55,859 bases of DNA from Fonticula alba ATCC 38817 (lineage: Eukaryota; Protista; Nucleariida). The notes beneath the pieces were generated by a model. The model had not been told where the DNA came from. It searched no databases and saw only the letters and a program-made list of their open reading frames with translations. How positions within the stretch are numbered: the stretch's first letter is position 1; each line of letters begins with the position of its first letter. The stretch lies in the NCBI GenBank assembly GCA_000388065.2, contig KB932215.1. One strand, 5' to 3'. A program made the position numbers and the translations under genes. This document shows positions 10,901-23,715 of the stretch, in pieces.

Positions 10901-13900
10901 GCCCGCCGCCGCGGCCGGGACCAATTGCGGGCTCGGGGCCATGCCGGTGCTGAGAATGGACCGGGCCGACTGGATGGACCGATTGGACCGGATGGACGTT
11001 TGCCGGTGGAGATCGGCCCCGGGCATGCGGAGGCCGGGGCCGGCCGAGGTGCTGGCCCGCCGGGCCTGGGCCCCTGCCGGGCCGCCCGATGGCGTGGCCG
11101 AGCCCGGCCCCGGCGAGTTGTCGGCCGTCGGGGCCCGACGCGGGTGCCCCATGCCCGGGGGCAGCTCGCGCATTGGCAGCAGGTACGGCAGGGCCGGGTC
11201 ATTCTCGGCCTTGTCGGACTTGATGAAGTTCCATCGCTCGATGAAGAGCCGGGCCACGTCACGCGCCGCGGCGCCAGACACGCGAACCGCGATGTCGTGC
11301 CAGGGCATCCGGGGAACTATGCGTGTGCGTGCGTGTATGTGTGTGTGTGTGTGTGTGTGCGTGTGCATGCGCAAGCGCAGCAAGAGGAGCGGCCAGCGGG
11401 CCGAGGGGGAGTGTGTTCCTGGTCAGTAATGGCGGGGAGCGCTTCCTTTTTTTTTTTCCTACCCCCCTGCTGCCGCCTCCGTGCCCCGGCCAAGCGCACG
11501 GCCACAGGCGTCAGGGGCGCGCGCCCTCGCGCCGGAGGACGCAAGGCACGGGGGAGAAGGAGGAGGAGGAGGTGCGGGGGAGAGAGAAAAAAAAAAGACA
11601 AAGGAGGGAGCCACATGTGGATGGAGGGGCCAGGAGGGACCGCCCCCTGGCCGTGGTCTGGCTGCCGGCTGCCCCCGGGCGCCGGCCCGAGCACAGGGCC
11701 TACGCACCGCGCGTCCGGTCCAGCGAGTCGGAGTAGTAATTCCGCAGCTCGAAGAAGTCCCGCTCAAAGGGATTGGAGTAGTCCTTACCGGGGATCCGGT
11801 GGGCCGGGGCCGGGGCCACCGGGACCGGCAGCATGGACCCGGCCGGCGGCCGGTTATGCCCGGCCGGCAGACGCCCGTCAAAGAGCTTGTGCGCGTGCGT
11901 GTCATACCGGCCGAAGCACAGGTCGATGCCCCCGAGGAAGGCCACCCGCTGGTCGACCACGCAAATCTTCTCATGGTGCGCCCAGTAGAGGGTCCCGCCA
12001 ACCTTCGTGTGGTCCGGGTGCCGCATGACGGCGATCGTGCCGCCGAGGCCATGGCCCCCGGCATCCCCGAGCAGCACGCCATTGGTCAGCTCCAGGAGGG
12101 ACTCCTGGCCGGAGGCGGCGGCCACGGCGGCCGCGGCCGCGGCCGGCGGCACCACCACCACCGACGGCCGCCGGCCGCTGGTGTTTCCGAGCGACGCCCG
12201 AAGCCGGGTCTTCGTGTACCAGGAGTTGTTGGCCACCGCGCCGGGGAACTCCTTGTAGATGAGCACACACACCAGGACGCCCTGGGCGGCCTTGCGCGCG
12301 AGCAGCCGGTCCAGCCGGTACTGCGGGTAGCGGTTGGGTGGCCGGCGAAGGTGAAGCTGCAGTGGCAGGTCGTCCCAGGGGGGGGGGGGCGGCCGCATTG
12401 GCAGGCCATGTCGGCGATACCAGCGGCCGAGGCAGAGAACACCAGGCCAAGGCGGGGCGGCGGGGTCAGTCGTGGAAGGCGCGAGGGGGGGGGGGGCGGC
12501 CCCACCGGAAGGGAGGGAGCGGGCCCCGTGCATTTTTCTCCCCCTCCCCTCCACCTCAGCCCGGCCATCGGGGAAAGACACCACGACCAGAGTGCGAGCA
12601 TGGTCGGGACCGGACGCACCTCCGGCGACAGCCACCAGTCGGCGATGTAGATGCAGGTGGTGGCGCGCTCGATGGCCGCGGCGATGTGCGCAAAGTAGTC
12701 ATGCGCATCGACGTAGGTTCGCACCGCGGCCATCGGCCGAACCGGGGCGAAGGACCCGAAGGGTTTCGGCTGTGTCCAGATGCTCGCTGCCGGGTGGTGC
12801 GGCGCGCCCGGCCACGGAGGGAACACCATGCGCGAGGCACACGGTCAGCAGGGCACCCCAAGGGCAAGGCCCGGCAGGAAGACGGTCAGCGGGACGCCCC
12901 CACGGGCAAGAGACCCAGCACGAAGGTGGCTACCACCGACAGGCGCACCGTATTTGAGGTACATCAGCGCGCAGCCCAGGTCGTATGCCTGGCGCTCGGA
13001 CTCCGTCTTGCAATAGAGGGTACCCTGCGAGGAGGAGATCCACAAGGCCTTGGAGGAGCCGACGATCGACTGCGCGCCCCGGCGCCCGGGGCACAGGACA
13101 GACACAGCGGGGGTCAGTCAGGGAAGAGCGCACAGCAGGGGGGGGGGCCGGGGAAAAGAAAAAAAGGACCCCCACCCCGCGCCCGCCCCCCCCGGGCGTC
13201 CGCGCGCCAGACGCACCTTGCCGAAGAACGCGTCAAACGAGCTGTCCAGCAGGATCACCTGCACCAGGCGCCGATCATCGATGGCCGCGTAGAAGGCAAT
13301 GTGGTCCTGGCGGAAGATCATCCACCGGAAGCGAGCTCGCGCGCCGCTGGCCCCGCCGGAGCCGCTCGGGCCGTACGCCAGGCTGGACATGGTCCGGGCC
13401 GTGCCGGAGCCCCCGCCCGAGGAGGAAGAAGACCCGGCGCTGCTGCCGCCGAACCAGCTGGACCCGCCGGAGCGCGTCAGCGCATCCAGGTGCGCCACGG
13501 AATCCTTGATGAAGTGCTTCCACCGGGTGGGGTCCATGGGCGGCGGCGGCGGCGGCGGCGGCGGCAGGGCAAACATCCCGCCGCCGAGGACCCCCGGCAG
13601 GCCGCCGGCCCCGGTGGAGGCCGTGCTTCCGACGCTGGCCACCGACGAGAAGGAGGCCGTGGAGTTGGACCGCAAGCGCCGGGCCATCAGCGGGCCGGTC
13701 TTGTGCCGGGGCGGCTTGGCCGTCCCGGGGACAGGGCTCGACCCGGCCCCGGGGGAAGTCCCCCCGCCGGTGGGAGAGCCCCCGGCCCCGGGGGCCGGGC
13801 CGGCCGCCGAGTCGGGCCGCTGGCCGGTGCCCATGGCGGCGGCCGGGCCGACCACCGACGAGGAAGACGCCAGGGCCAGCGACGAGGAGGAGGAGGATGA

Positions 13901-14648
13901 CCGAGACAGGGCCCCCGAGCCACCGGTGATCGAGATGGTGGGGAGAGTGCGCGCGGCGGCGGCCGCGGCTGCCACCCCGGCCGTCGACTCGGCCGGCAGG
14001 GGCAACGTCCCGCCGGCCGACACCGACAGGGTCCCGGCCGACAGGGTCCCGGCACTGGCCACGGCCAGGGGCGGAGCCGGGGCCGGGCGCTCGCCCGGGG
14101 CGCCGGCGCGCGACCCGGGCCCCGAGCCGGCGGCCGTGCCCGCGGCATGGGCCAGGACCGGCTGCTGCTGCTGCAGCAGTAGGTGCTGCTGCTGGCGCAT
14201 GGTGGCCTGCTGCTCGGCCGACAGGCGTGGCTGCTGCAGCGCGCTGGCGCTGGCGTCGCTCATGGGCGGCAGCGACCCCGGCCCGGGGAAGTGGTGTGCC
14301 GGCTGCAGCGGATGGGCCTGGGCTCGGGCCAGGCCGGCCGCTCCGCCGGGGCCGTGGTACTGATAGTCCACGGCCGAGGGGAGCCCGTTGACCGCGGTGC
14401 CGGGGAAGTGGCGCTGGGCGCCATTCGGCATTTGCCCATTGCCGCTGCTGCTATTGCCGCTACCGCCGCCGCCCAGTGTGCGGAAGTGCCGGAAGAAGTT
14501 GAACCGAAAGGAGGACACCCCCCCGGCGATCTTGACCCACGACTCGTGGCTCTTGGCACTGTAGTCCGGATCGAAGGACATGGGGCTGATCTCGAGGAAC
14601 TCGCACAGGACAAGCTGCACGTTGGGGTTTGGGATCAAGAGCCGTGGC

Positions 14649-14691
<43 letters not shown>

Positions 14692-16353
14692 AATGTGTGC
14701 GAATATGTGTGAATGGGTGCGAATGTGTGTGTGTGTGTGTGTGTGCGTGTGCATATGCGTAACGAGCAGATGCGCGATGTGTGTGTGCACATGCGCAACG
14801 AGCAGATGCGCGATGTGTGTGTGCACATGCGCAACGAGCAGATGCGCGATGTGTGTGTGCACATGCGCAACGAGCAGATGCGCGATGTGTGGATGTGTGC
14901 ACATGAAAAAAGGAAGCAGGGTGGCAAAGATATGCACGTCAGTCTCCAGGCAACGGCCGAGGAGGGCAGGCGTGCGGACAAGCGGCAGGGCCCCATGCGC
15001 ACCTTGGCCTGCGGGGACAGCTGGCACCGGAGCAGGGCCGTCAGATACCGCAGGAGGTTGGCCCGGGTCCGGTGGATCTCGGATGTGGCGTGGTTGAGGT
15101 TGTCCAGGAACTTGGCGTGCGAGTCGGCGGCAGCGCCGCCGCGGCGGCCGCCGGAGCGCCGGGCCCGGCCGGTGGCCGGGACCGCCGGAGCCGCCGACCC
15201 GGCCCCCGGGGCCGTGGTCGTGGCCGCGGGATCGGCATCGGAGCCGGAAAAAACGCCGAAAGAGTAGGGGAAGTCGCGGTGCTCGTCCTCGTCCTCCTCC
15301 TCGTCTTCCTCGTCCTCCTCCTCGTCCTCCTCCTCCTCCTCCTCCTCGTCCTCCTCGTCCTCGTCCTCCTCGCCCTCCGGCAGGTAGGGCGGAAGATCTT
15401 CATCGAAGTTCATCCCCAGGGGCGGCAGGGAGAAGGCCCCCGGGCCGAGACCGGCGCCGGGGCCGCCCCCGGTCGGGCCCTTCTGCGGCAAGTGGCTGCG
15501 GCCGCGCTGGACCACCTGCAACCACTTGAGCCGCGAATGGAGAATGAGAAAGTCGCGCTGACGCCGGCGAATGGACCAGGAAAAGCACTTCTGCGACAGG
15601 GGCGCCAGGCGCCGGTCGGCCGGGTGCAGCAGCGCCGTTTCCAGGGCCACCGCCGCCGTGGAGGAGGCCGCCGGCAGCATGACCCGGCTCCGGTACTGCA
15701 AGTGGATGGTGAAGAGGGTGTGCGATCGGAAGGACCGCGCCTGGCGGAAGACCTCACACGCCCCCATGGACACATGGATGGCCGGGAAGGTGACCGGCAC
15801 GCCCGGGGTCGGGGCGTAGGGGTGCGGCGCGACCCGCGGCGCCGGGGCCGGCCCGCTGGAGGGGCCCGCCGCATGGGTCCCCCGGAAGGGGGCCAGCGAC
15901 CGGCCAACCATGCCGCCGACCGCGGCGCTGACCGACGCCGCGCGGCTGGTGACCGCGTGCGCGGCGCCGGTTTTCGGGGCCGGAGCCGGGGCCGGGGCCG
16001 GGCCCGCGGTCGGGCCATCCGGATCGGCATCGGCCCCGGGCCCAGGCCCCGGCGTCGAGGAGGACGAAGTCCCGGTCAACAGGGACGTGGTGGCCGAGCG
16101 GCCCCAGCGCACCAGGGCCGAGGAGGACTTGGAGCTTTGGACGGCGGCCGTGGGGGTGGTGGGAGCCGTGGCCGGGCTGCTGCTCATGGCATCGACATCC
16201 TCCTGCGAGGGGTCCGGCATGTCGACAAGGCCCCCGGGCCCGGCGGGGCCCACATCGATGGCGAGCCCGGCCGGCCGCGGGGCCCCGGCCACCAGGGGCG
16301 AGGCCGACCGCGACCCCGGGGCCGACAGGGCGCCATGCTGCTCGGCCGATCCG

Positions 16354-16400
<47 letters not shown>

Positions 16401-18786
16401 AGACACCGCCACCGAGGAGGTTGTGGCCGCCGTGGCGGGGACATCGCCGGCCGTGGCCGGCCCCTGCCCGGATGGCGGCAGCGTGCTGGTGGTGACCGTC
16501 AGCCGGGGGGTGTCGGAGCGGGCCGACCGGGCACGGCCGCCGGCCGGAGAGCCTGGCGCCGGGTCCGGGCTGTCGGCCGATGTGCCGGGCCCTGCGGGCT
16601 CCTGGCCCGGCCGGCCGCCGAAGGTGTACCGGCGGATCCACCGCCGGGCATTGGCACTGAGCTTGGCATTCATGCTGGGGCCGGAGGAAGAGGAGGAGGA
16701 GGGGGGCGTGGTGGCGGCGCCGGCGGATGCCCCGGGCATGGGGCCCAGAGGCCGGCGACAGGCCAGGCAGGCGGGCCCGGCAGCCTGGCCCACCGCGTCG
16801 GGGCCCTCCTCATCCGAGCGACAGTAGTCGGCCTCCTCGTCGGAGGTGCCGCGCTCGTCCTCGAGACAGGTGGCGCAAAGCCCGGCCGGCGGGGCGCCCG
16901 GGCCGGCGCCGCTCGGAGACACCGGGGCCGGGCCCGGGCCCGGGCCCGGGCCCGGGCCGGCGCGGCGCGCAGCCAGGCGGTGCTCCTCGCGGGCCATGCG
17001 CCGCGCGTGGGCCCGCTGCCGGTGCTGGTGCAGGAAATTCAAGTGCGACGCCACCAGCGACCCGAAGAACATGCCCACCGCCTCGGAGGCCGGGTCGTAC
17101 AGGCGAACGGCCGCCGATCGCCGGGCCGCCGACATGGGGCACAGGCTGGGCCCCGGGCACCGGGGCCCACACAGGAACTCCCAGCCTTCGGGCGCGGAGT
17201 CGGCCCCGGCGAAGAGGCCCGGCACGTCGAGCGAGGAGCCGGAATCGTCGGCCAGGGCGGGCAGGCTGTGCCCGGCGGCCCCGGCCCCGCCCGGCCCCAC
17301 CGTCGACACGGTGGAGGTGATGGCCGCCGCGGCCGCCGGCGCGGAGGAGGCCGACCGGCCGACCTGCCAAAGCCGGCGCTTGCGCGGGGTCATGGCCCCG
17401 GCGGGGCCCGGCTGGGCCGTCGCCTCCGACGGCGCCTGGCCCGCGTCCGCGCCCGGCGCAAGGGGATACAGGTCGGCCGGGCAGCCGGCCCCGGGCATCG
17501 GGGCGAAGGTGCTGGCCGAGGGCACCGCCGCCGCCGGCCCGAGGGCCAGGTGTCCATGGAAGGCGCAATCGTAGTCATCCTCGAAGAGGACAATCGGATC
17601 CTCGAGGCTGCCGTCGCCGGCCGCATGGCGCGCCGGGTCGAGGGAGGACCCGCGCCGGGCCCCGGGGCCCGGGCCCCGGCCGGGGTACGGGCCGCTGTCG
17701 GGGCCGTCGCCCGAGCGCGCGCGCCGCCCTGCCGCTGACCCGGCATCCTCGAGGGCCCCGGGGCCGGGGGGGTGGCCGCGCCGGCCGGCCCCGGGCCCGG
17801 GCGCATGGTACGGGTAATCCGGCGACAGGGGATGTGCGAGGCCGCCATGGAAGTCGAACTCGAAACTGCTGTCCGAAGCGAGGTGGTAATCGAGGACTAT
17901 CCGCGAGCAAGAGGGGGGGGATGAGGGCCAGTCAGCGCATGCACAGCGGGGCGGCGGCGAGGGCGGCGGCGAGGGCGAGGGCGAGGGCGAGGGCGAGGCA
18001 GGAGGGACGGAAGAGCAACAGGCAAGGGGGNNNNNNNNNNNNNNNNNNNNNNNNNNNNNNNNNNNNNNNNNNNNNNNNNNNNNNNNNNNNNNNNNNNNNN
18101 NNNNNNNNNNNNNNNNNNNNNNNNNNNNNNNNNNNNNNNNNNNNNNNNNNNNNNNNNNNNNNNNNNNNNNNNNNNNNNNNNNNNNNNNNNNNNNNNNNNN
18201 NNNNNNNNNNNNNNNNNNNNNNNNNNNNNNNNNNNNNNNNNNNNNNNNNNNNNNNNNNNNNNNNNNNNNNNNNNNNNNNNNNNNNNNNNNNNNGGTCGGT
18301 CAGCGAGGCCCAGGGGGCGGGAGGACATGCCACCGGGAAAAGGGCGGGAGGGGCCGGCCGGCCAGCCGGCGGACGTACTCTCCGAGGTGCCGGGCACGAT
18401 GACGCGAATGGCCCCGGAGGGGGAGATATCGGTGACGGTGGAGGTCAGGAGCGGGGCCCGGGGGCCGGCAGCCGGGCGGGGCCCGGCGGAACTGGCCGCC
18501 GGCGCCGGCGACCCGGCCGCTGACGTGGCCCCGGCCGGCGTGGGGGCCAGGACCGGGGACCCGGGGGCCGCGGCCGGCGATCCGGCCGCCGACCCGGACA
18601 GCAGCGCCTGGAAGAGGCGCCGGTCCAGGCGATCGGCCACGCGTGCCCGGCGCCCGGCCAGGGCAATTTCCTCCTCGGCGGCGGCTTGGGCCTCTTCCTG
18701 TTCGCGGCGGCGCCGGTCTTGGTGCGTGGCCACCAGCTGGCGCTGGTGCTGGTCCGGGGTCAGGGCGGTGGGCACCGTGGTGGTGA

Positions 18787-18818
<32 letters not shown>

Positions 18819-19303
18819 CCGGCCGTGGTGGCCGCCAGATCGCCAGATGGCGATGGGGGTCCGCCGTCCGGCGGGGCGCCCCCGGTCCCGAGCAGCCGCC
18901 GCCAGAAGGTCTTCTTTGGGTGGTGCTTGGCCACATCGGGCGAGGAAGGTTCGGTGTTGGCGTTGGCGTTGGCTTTGGCGTTGGTGGTAGTACTGGCGTT
19001 GGTGGTGGTGGTGGTGGTGCTGGCGGTGACGGTGATGGTGGGGCTGGCGGTGACGGTGATGGTGGGGCTGGCCGATGCGGAGGGCAGGGCCGGGGCCGGG
19101 GGCGGAGGCGACACTGCAGGCGAGCTCGCTGGGCCGGGCTGCGAGTGCGACGGCGGCTGCGGGTGTGTGTGCGGCGGGGCTGACAGGGCAGCCGCCGGGT
19201 GCGCAAGCATCTCCGACGGTGGTGAGGGGGGCCCCAGGGACGGGGCCGACGCCGGGCCCGGCGCGGCACCGGCCGTGACCAGGCTCGGCGGCGACGGGCC
19301 CAT
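7954..19303 (-). CDS. PLD1: Phospholipase D, PX-PH class (PLD1/2, Spo14-like), ~3,020 aa
   Basis: Exons (minus strand) 19303-18379, 17896-15003, 14614-13217, 13069-12949, 12786-12620, 12356-11708, 11316-9679, 9535-9400 and 9094-7954 (9069 nt, 3023 codons). HKD1 HHEKICVVD at 11952-11975; HKD2 HSKGMVVD at 9704-9727, followed by IGSANINDRS. Other motifs: FGSFAPVR, IYIADWWLSPE, PRMPWHD..ARDVARLFIERWN, YIENQFFI, and C-terminal PLQVFL*. The start codon is the least certain part. Confidence 0.96.
14743..14886. repeat. 36-bp intronic minisatellite x4
   Basis: Unit GTGTGTGTGCACATGCGCAACGAGCAGATGCGCGAT: three perfect copies plus one degenerate copy, no spacers; inside PLD intron 14615-15002. Confidence 0.96.
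15282..15377 (-). repeat. Coding acidic tract (32 aa, almost all E/D) within the PLD PX domain
   Basis: EGEEDEDEEDEEEEEEEDEEEDEEDEEEDEDE. Confidence 0.9.
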
Positions 19304-19444
19304 GAGGTGGCTCCGGGGAGGGCCGAGAGGGAGCTTGGGCGATGGGGGGAGACGTGCAGGCGAGCTGGCGACCGGGCAGGCAGACGAGGGGGGGGGAGGG
19401 GGGGGGAGGAGCAGGAGGGAGGAGGGGGCGAGCGTTGGGGGGAG

Positions 19445-19476
<32 letters not shown>

Positions 19477-19520
19477 GGGAGTGGGGAGGGAGGAAGCACT
19501 GCAGGACCGCAGAGAGGCCA

Positions 19521-19553
<33 letters not shown>

Positions 19554-19596
19554 GCAGACACACAGACACACAGACACACACACACACACACACACG
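19445..19596. repeat. (GA)n and (CA)n microsatellites upstream of the PLD start
   Basis: Dinucleotide runs read directly. Confidence 0.92.
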
Positions 19597-22500
19597 CGGC
19601 GGGGGACGGAGAGGGGTGCCGCCGGGGGCGCAACGTCCCGGGCCGAGGGTCGCCTACTGAGAAAGCTCCGCCAGGCGGCGGGCCGCGTGCCGGAGCGGCC
19701 TGTGTGCCCGGCCACGACCAGCGGGATCTGCCACGGGACTAGACGCCCGGGCGCCTCCCGGCCCGGCGGGGCAACGATCCGGCCCATCTTCCGCCGAACG
19801 CTTGCCGCCGGGTGCGAGGCCCGGGTGCGAGGCCGAGGCGCCGGACACATATGATCCGTATGCCGCGAGGCCCCCGGCCCGGGGGGAGGCCTTCCGAGAC
19901 AAAGGCGTGTGTGCGCACGGGCGCGGCGCCGGGAAAAAATCCCAGGCGCCCTGTGTGTCGGCAGGCCGGCGCGGCGGGCCGTTGTCAGTTAGCCGGCGGC
20001 CGCGGCGCGGCAGGGGGCCCCGCGCCGGAGGGCTGGCAGCTGGATCGCGCAGTGGCCGCTCCCGCCACCCGGCCGGGCGCGCCGTTTCCCGCAGGAGGAG
20101 GGCGGCCTGCCGCGCCCCTGGCAGGGTCTTAACCACACGCACCCCGGTCTACGGCCGAGCCGCCCGGGGGGGGGGGGGGGAGGGCAGCCGGGCGTGAGCG
20201 CCTCCCGGCGAGTCCCGCCTCCGCCGCCCGGCCCCCCCGGGCTGGGCCCTTCTGCGGCGCCCGGCCGGCAGGCCGAGAAATAGGCCGGAGGCAGGAATGG
20301 GACTACTTTTCCCACGCAGGGTTTCAAACGACCTGCCGCGATGCCGGGTCCCGCGCCCGGGGCCGGGCCGACGAGAGCGAGAGAGAGCGCCCGGCGCGAG
20401 GCAGGCGCGCGACCACAGGGAGCCAGGCATGCGGGCGGGCGGGGGGCATTAGCGAGCAGGGAAAGGCCCCCCGGCCGGGGTGCGGGCGTGTACGTGGCCG
20501 GACCGGACCGGCTGGCGCCCCTCCAGGCTTAACCACCTCCGGGCGGGCGCGGCCGGCTCGGTGGCCCTGCCGGCGTTCGCCCGGGCCAGGTCCGGGCTTT
20601 TGGGGCGCCCGCGCGCGGGGGAGGAGGGGGGACACAAGCGCCGGCATGCTGGTGCGCATGTGAAAGCACCCTGCCTCCGCGGGGGCCGCCAAGGGCCGGG
20701 CAGGCTAGACCAAGCCTCCCGCCGGCCGGGGCCCGTCAGAGGACCCTCGCGTGTGCGCGCGCGCGCGCGCGGATCAAGGAGGGGCCCGAGCGGCCGGGCG
20801 CCGCTCGGCATTCAAGGCCGGCCCTTCTTTCCGCCCGGGCGTCTACCACATCGGGCAGGGGGCGACCGGCGAGTGACCCGGCGGCCGCAACAGCAACCGG
20901 GGCCACGGTGGCAGGCCCCAGCCAAGAATGGCGAGGCAACATGGCAGCAGCCGATAGCGGCACGCCGCCGCTGCCCCGGCGGCGGCGGCGGCGGTGTCGC
21001 GCGCGCGCGCGCGAGCCCAGGCGCCGGAGGCAGGCTGGGGACCAGGAAGGCGCGCACGGGGGGGCCGGCGGTATTGGCGCGCAAGGCGGGCGGCTTGGCA
21101 GATGGCACGTGCGCGCCGGTCATGCCCGGACCGCGAGACCACGCGCCCGCCGGCCCCTGCGTCCTCCGCGCGATCACGCGCCGCCGCGCCCCTCCCACAA
21201 GGACACCCAACCCTCGGCGGAGGGGAGCACAGGCGATGCTAATGGCTGCCCGCGGCCCCGGGGGGCGGTCCCCACGCCGGCAATAACAAGTCCGCCATGC
21301 GAAAGGGCTTCGGCCCGGCCGTGCAGCGAACCGCGCAGCCCCGCATCCTTGGGGGGGGGGGGGGGGCTGACGATCGCGCCGGGCCGGCACGTTCGCGCAA
21401 AGACAGGAACATGCGCCCGCGCGCCGAGACACTTTCGACGGGTGGAAAAAGAAAAGGAAGAAAAAAGAAACGGCGCGCTCGGGTCCGTGCCGTCCGCGGT
21501 CCAGACACCCCCCCCCCCCCCCGCCCGCCCGCCCGCCCCCGCACGCACGCGGGGCGACGGGCCCGGCCGGCCGGCCTGGGGGTCTGAGCACGAAGGGCAC
21601 GGGGGGCGGGGGGTTCGGGGCGCCCGGGGGAGAAGGGGTTCCCCGGCTCTCGCGGGCCTGGTCTTTCTCGCCGGGCGGGGGGGGGGGGTCGTTGGGTACG
21701 CTCGCCTCGGTATGCGAACGAGGTGTTTGTGCGCGCGCGCGCGTGCCCATCGGCACCCACGCCCCGGCGCGCGGCGGCCGGTGTCTGGGGCCCGACACCC
21801 GGCGCGGGGGGGGGCGGAGATTCTCTCGGCCCGCGGAAGAGGTCCCCCGCGCGACCGGGCCTTCCGAAAAGGGCGCGGACATGAGATTGTCGAATGGTGG
21901 TGTTGTTGTTTTTTGTTTTTTGTTTTCTTTCCCCCTCGCCCCGCCCGGACTGTTCCACTGCGGCTCGGGCGCGGGGCGGTGTCGTGTGCCGCGCCCGTGC
22001 GCAAATCTTCCCTTCCGCTCTCTCCCCCCCCCTCACACCCCATCACCGCGCCCGATGTTCAGGCGGCCCTTTGGCTGGTTGACCCGCGGGGGGAGGGCCA
22101 AGCATGCTCCCGTCAGCCTCCGCCCCCNNNNNNNNNNNNNNNNNNNNNNNNNNNNNNNNNNNNNNNNNNNNNNNNNNNNNNNNNNNNNNNNNNNNNNNNN
22201 NNNNNNNNNNNNNNNNNNNNNNNNNNNNNNNNNNNNNNNNNNNNNNNNNNNNNNNNNNNNNNNNNNNNNNNNNNNNNNNNNNNNNNNNNNNNNNNNNNNN
22301 NNNNNNNNNNNNNNNNNNNNNNNNNNNNNNNNNNNNNNNNNNNNNNNNNNNNNNNNNNNNNNNNNNNNNNNNNNNNNNNNNNNNNNNNNNNNNNNNNNNN
22401 NNNNNNNNNNNNNNNNNNNNNNNNNNNNNNNNNNNNNNNNNNNNNNNNNNNNNNNNNNNNNNNNNNNNNNNNNNNNNNNNNNNNNNNNNNNNNNNNNNNN

Positions 22501-23234
22501 NNNNNNNNNNNNNNNNNNNNNNNNNNNNNNNNNNNNNNNNNNNNNNNNNNNNNNNNNNNNNNNNNNNNNNNNNNNNNNNNNNNNNNNNNNNNNNNNNNNN
22601 NNNNNNNNNNNNNNNNNNNNNNNNNNNNNNNNNNNNNNNNNNNNNNNNNNNNNNNNNNNNNNNNNNNNNNNNNNNNNNNNNNNNNNNNNNNNNNNNNNNN
22701 NNNNNNNNNNNNNNNNNNNNNNNNNNNNNNNNNNNNNNNNNNNNNNNNNNNNNNNNNNNNNNNNNNNNNNNNNNNNNNNNNNNNNNNNNNNNNNNNNNNN
22801 NNNNNNNNNNNNNNNNNNNNNNNNNNNNNNNNNNNNNNNNNNNNNNNNNNNNNNNNNNNNNNNNNNNNNNNNNNNNNNNNCCCCCCCCCGCCCCCCGGCC
22901 CCCGGCCCCCGGCCCCCGCTCCCGCGTGCGGGGGACATGTACGACCGCCCGCTCCGGGCGATGCGGTGCGGCTTTTATGGGGCGCGCGGGAAGTCCGCGC
23001 GCGGCCGATGGCGGCGGGCCCGCGCCACCCGACGCCCATGGCATCGAAGCCCCCTCTCCCGCATATATACACGCACCAAGGACAAAGCAAAGAAGGGGGG
23101 TGGGAGGAGGGAGAGGGCCGCGGCCGCGGTGGGGCAGGGCACGCCCGCGCGTGTGTGTGTGAGTGTGGGTGGGTGCATGCGTGCGTGCGAGTGCGTATGT
23201 GCACAGGCACGACAGCCGGCGGGCGCCGCGGCCG

Positions 23235-23681
23235 TCAGTGCCGCGCAGCGCCCCCTTCCGAGTCGGAGGAACTTTCTCCGGACGACGGCCGGTCAGCCGG
23301 GGCCATCAGATGTGCCAAGTCCATGCGCCGAGGCAGGAGCTCCATGGCTGTGCCCGGTCCCGGCGGGGGCGGCACCACGGTCCCCGGCCCCATCACCCCC
23401 GGCCCGAGCGAGGGACCGGCCATGCCTGACAGTTGAAGGGCCCCGGGCGCCAGAGCGGCCCCGGGCAATGTGCCCGCTCCCGGCCAGAGGTCCCCTCCAA
23501 GCAGGACCGGCATGTTCATCATGGGCAGCGACTGGTGCTGTTGTTGCAGCAGCTGCAGCAGCTGTTGTTGCTGCTGCTGTTGCTGTAGCTGCTGTAGCTG
23601 CTGTTGCTGCTGCAGTTGCTGCTGCTGCTGTAGTTGCTGCTGCTGCTGCAGTTGCTGCTGCTGCTGTAGTTGCTGCTGCAA

Positions 23682-23715
<34 letters not shown>

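Noticed and set aside
14743-14886. CRISPR-like 36-bp repeat
   Set aside because: Units are directly adjacent with no spacers, lie in a spliceosomal intron, and no cas genes are present.
15072-17738. 888-aa antisense ORF, and other long antisense or overlapping ORFs (e.g. 6164-7951, 10298-12028, 45213-46916)
   Set aside because: Shadows of GC3-rich sense genes: TTA, CTA and TCA codons are rare, so antisense stops are rare. The translations have no domain motifs.
20298-20314. ACTACTTTTCCCA resembling the vertebrate ZNF143/THAP11 promoter motif
   Set aside because: Two mismatches, a single occurrence, and no evidence for such factors here.
19304-23234. Arg/Pro/Gly-rich ORFs between PLD and the HTH gene, and CVCVCV or HTHTHT ORFs elsewhere
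   Set aside because: Translations of GC-rich intergenic DNA and dinucleotide microsatellites; no domains or coherent splice structure.
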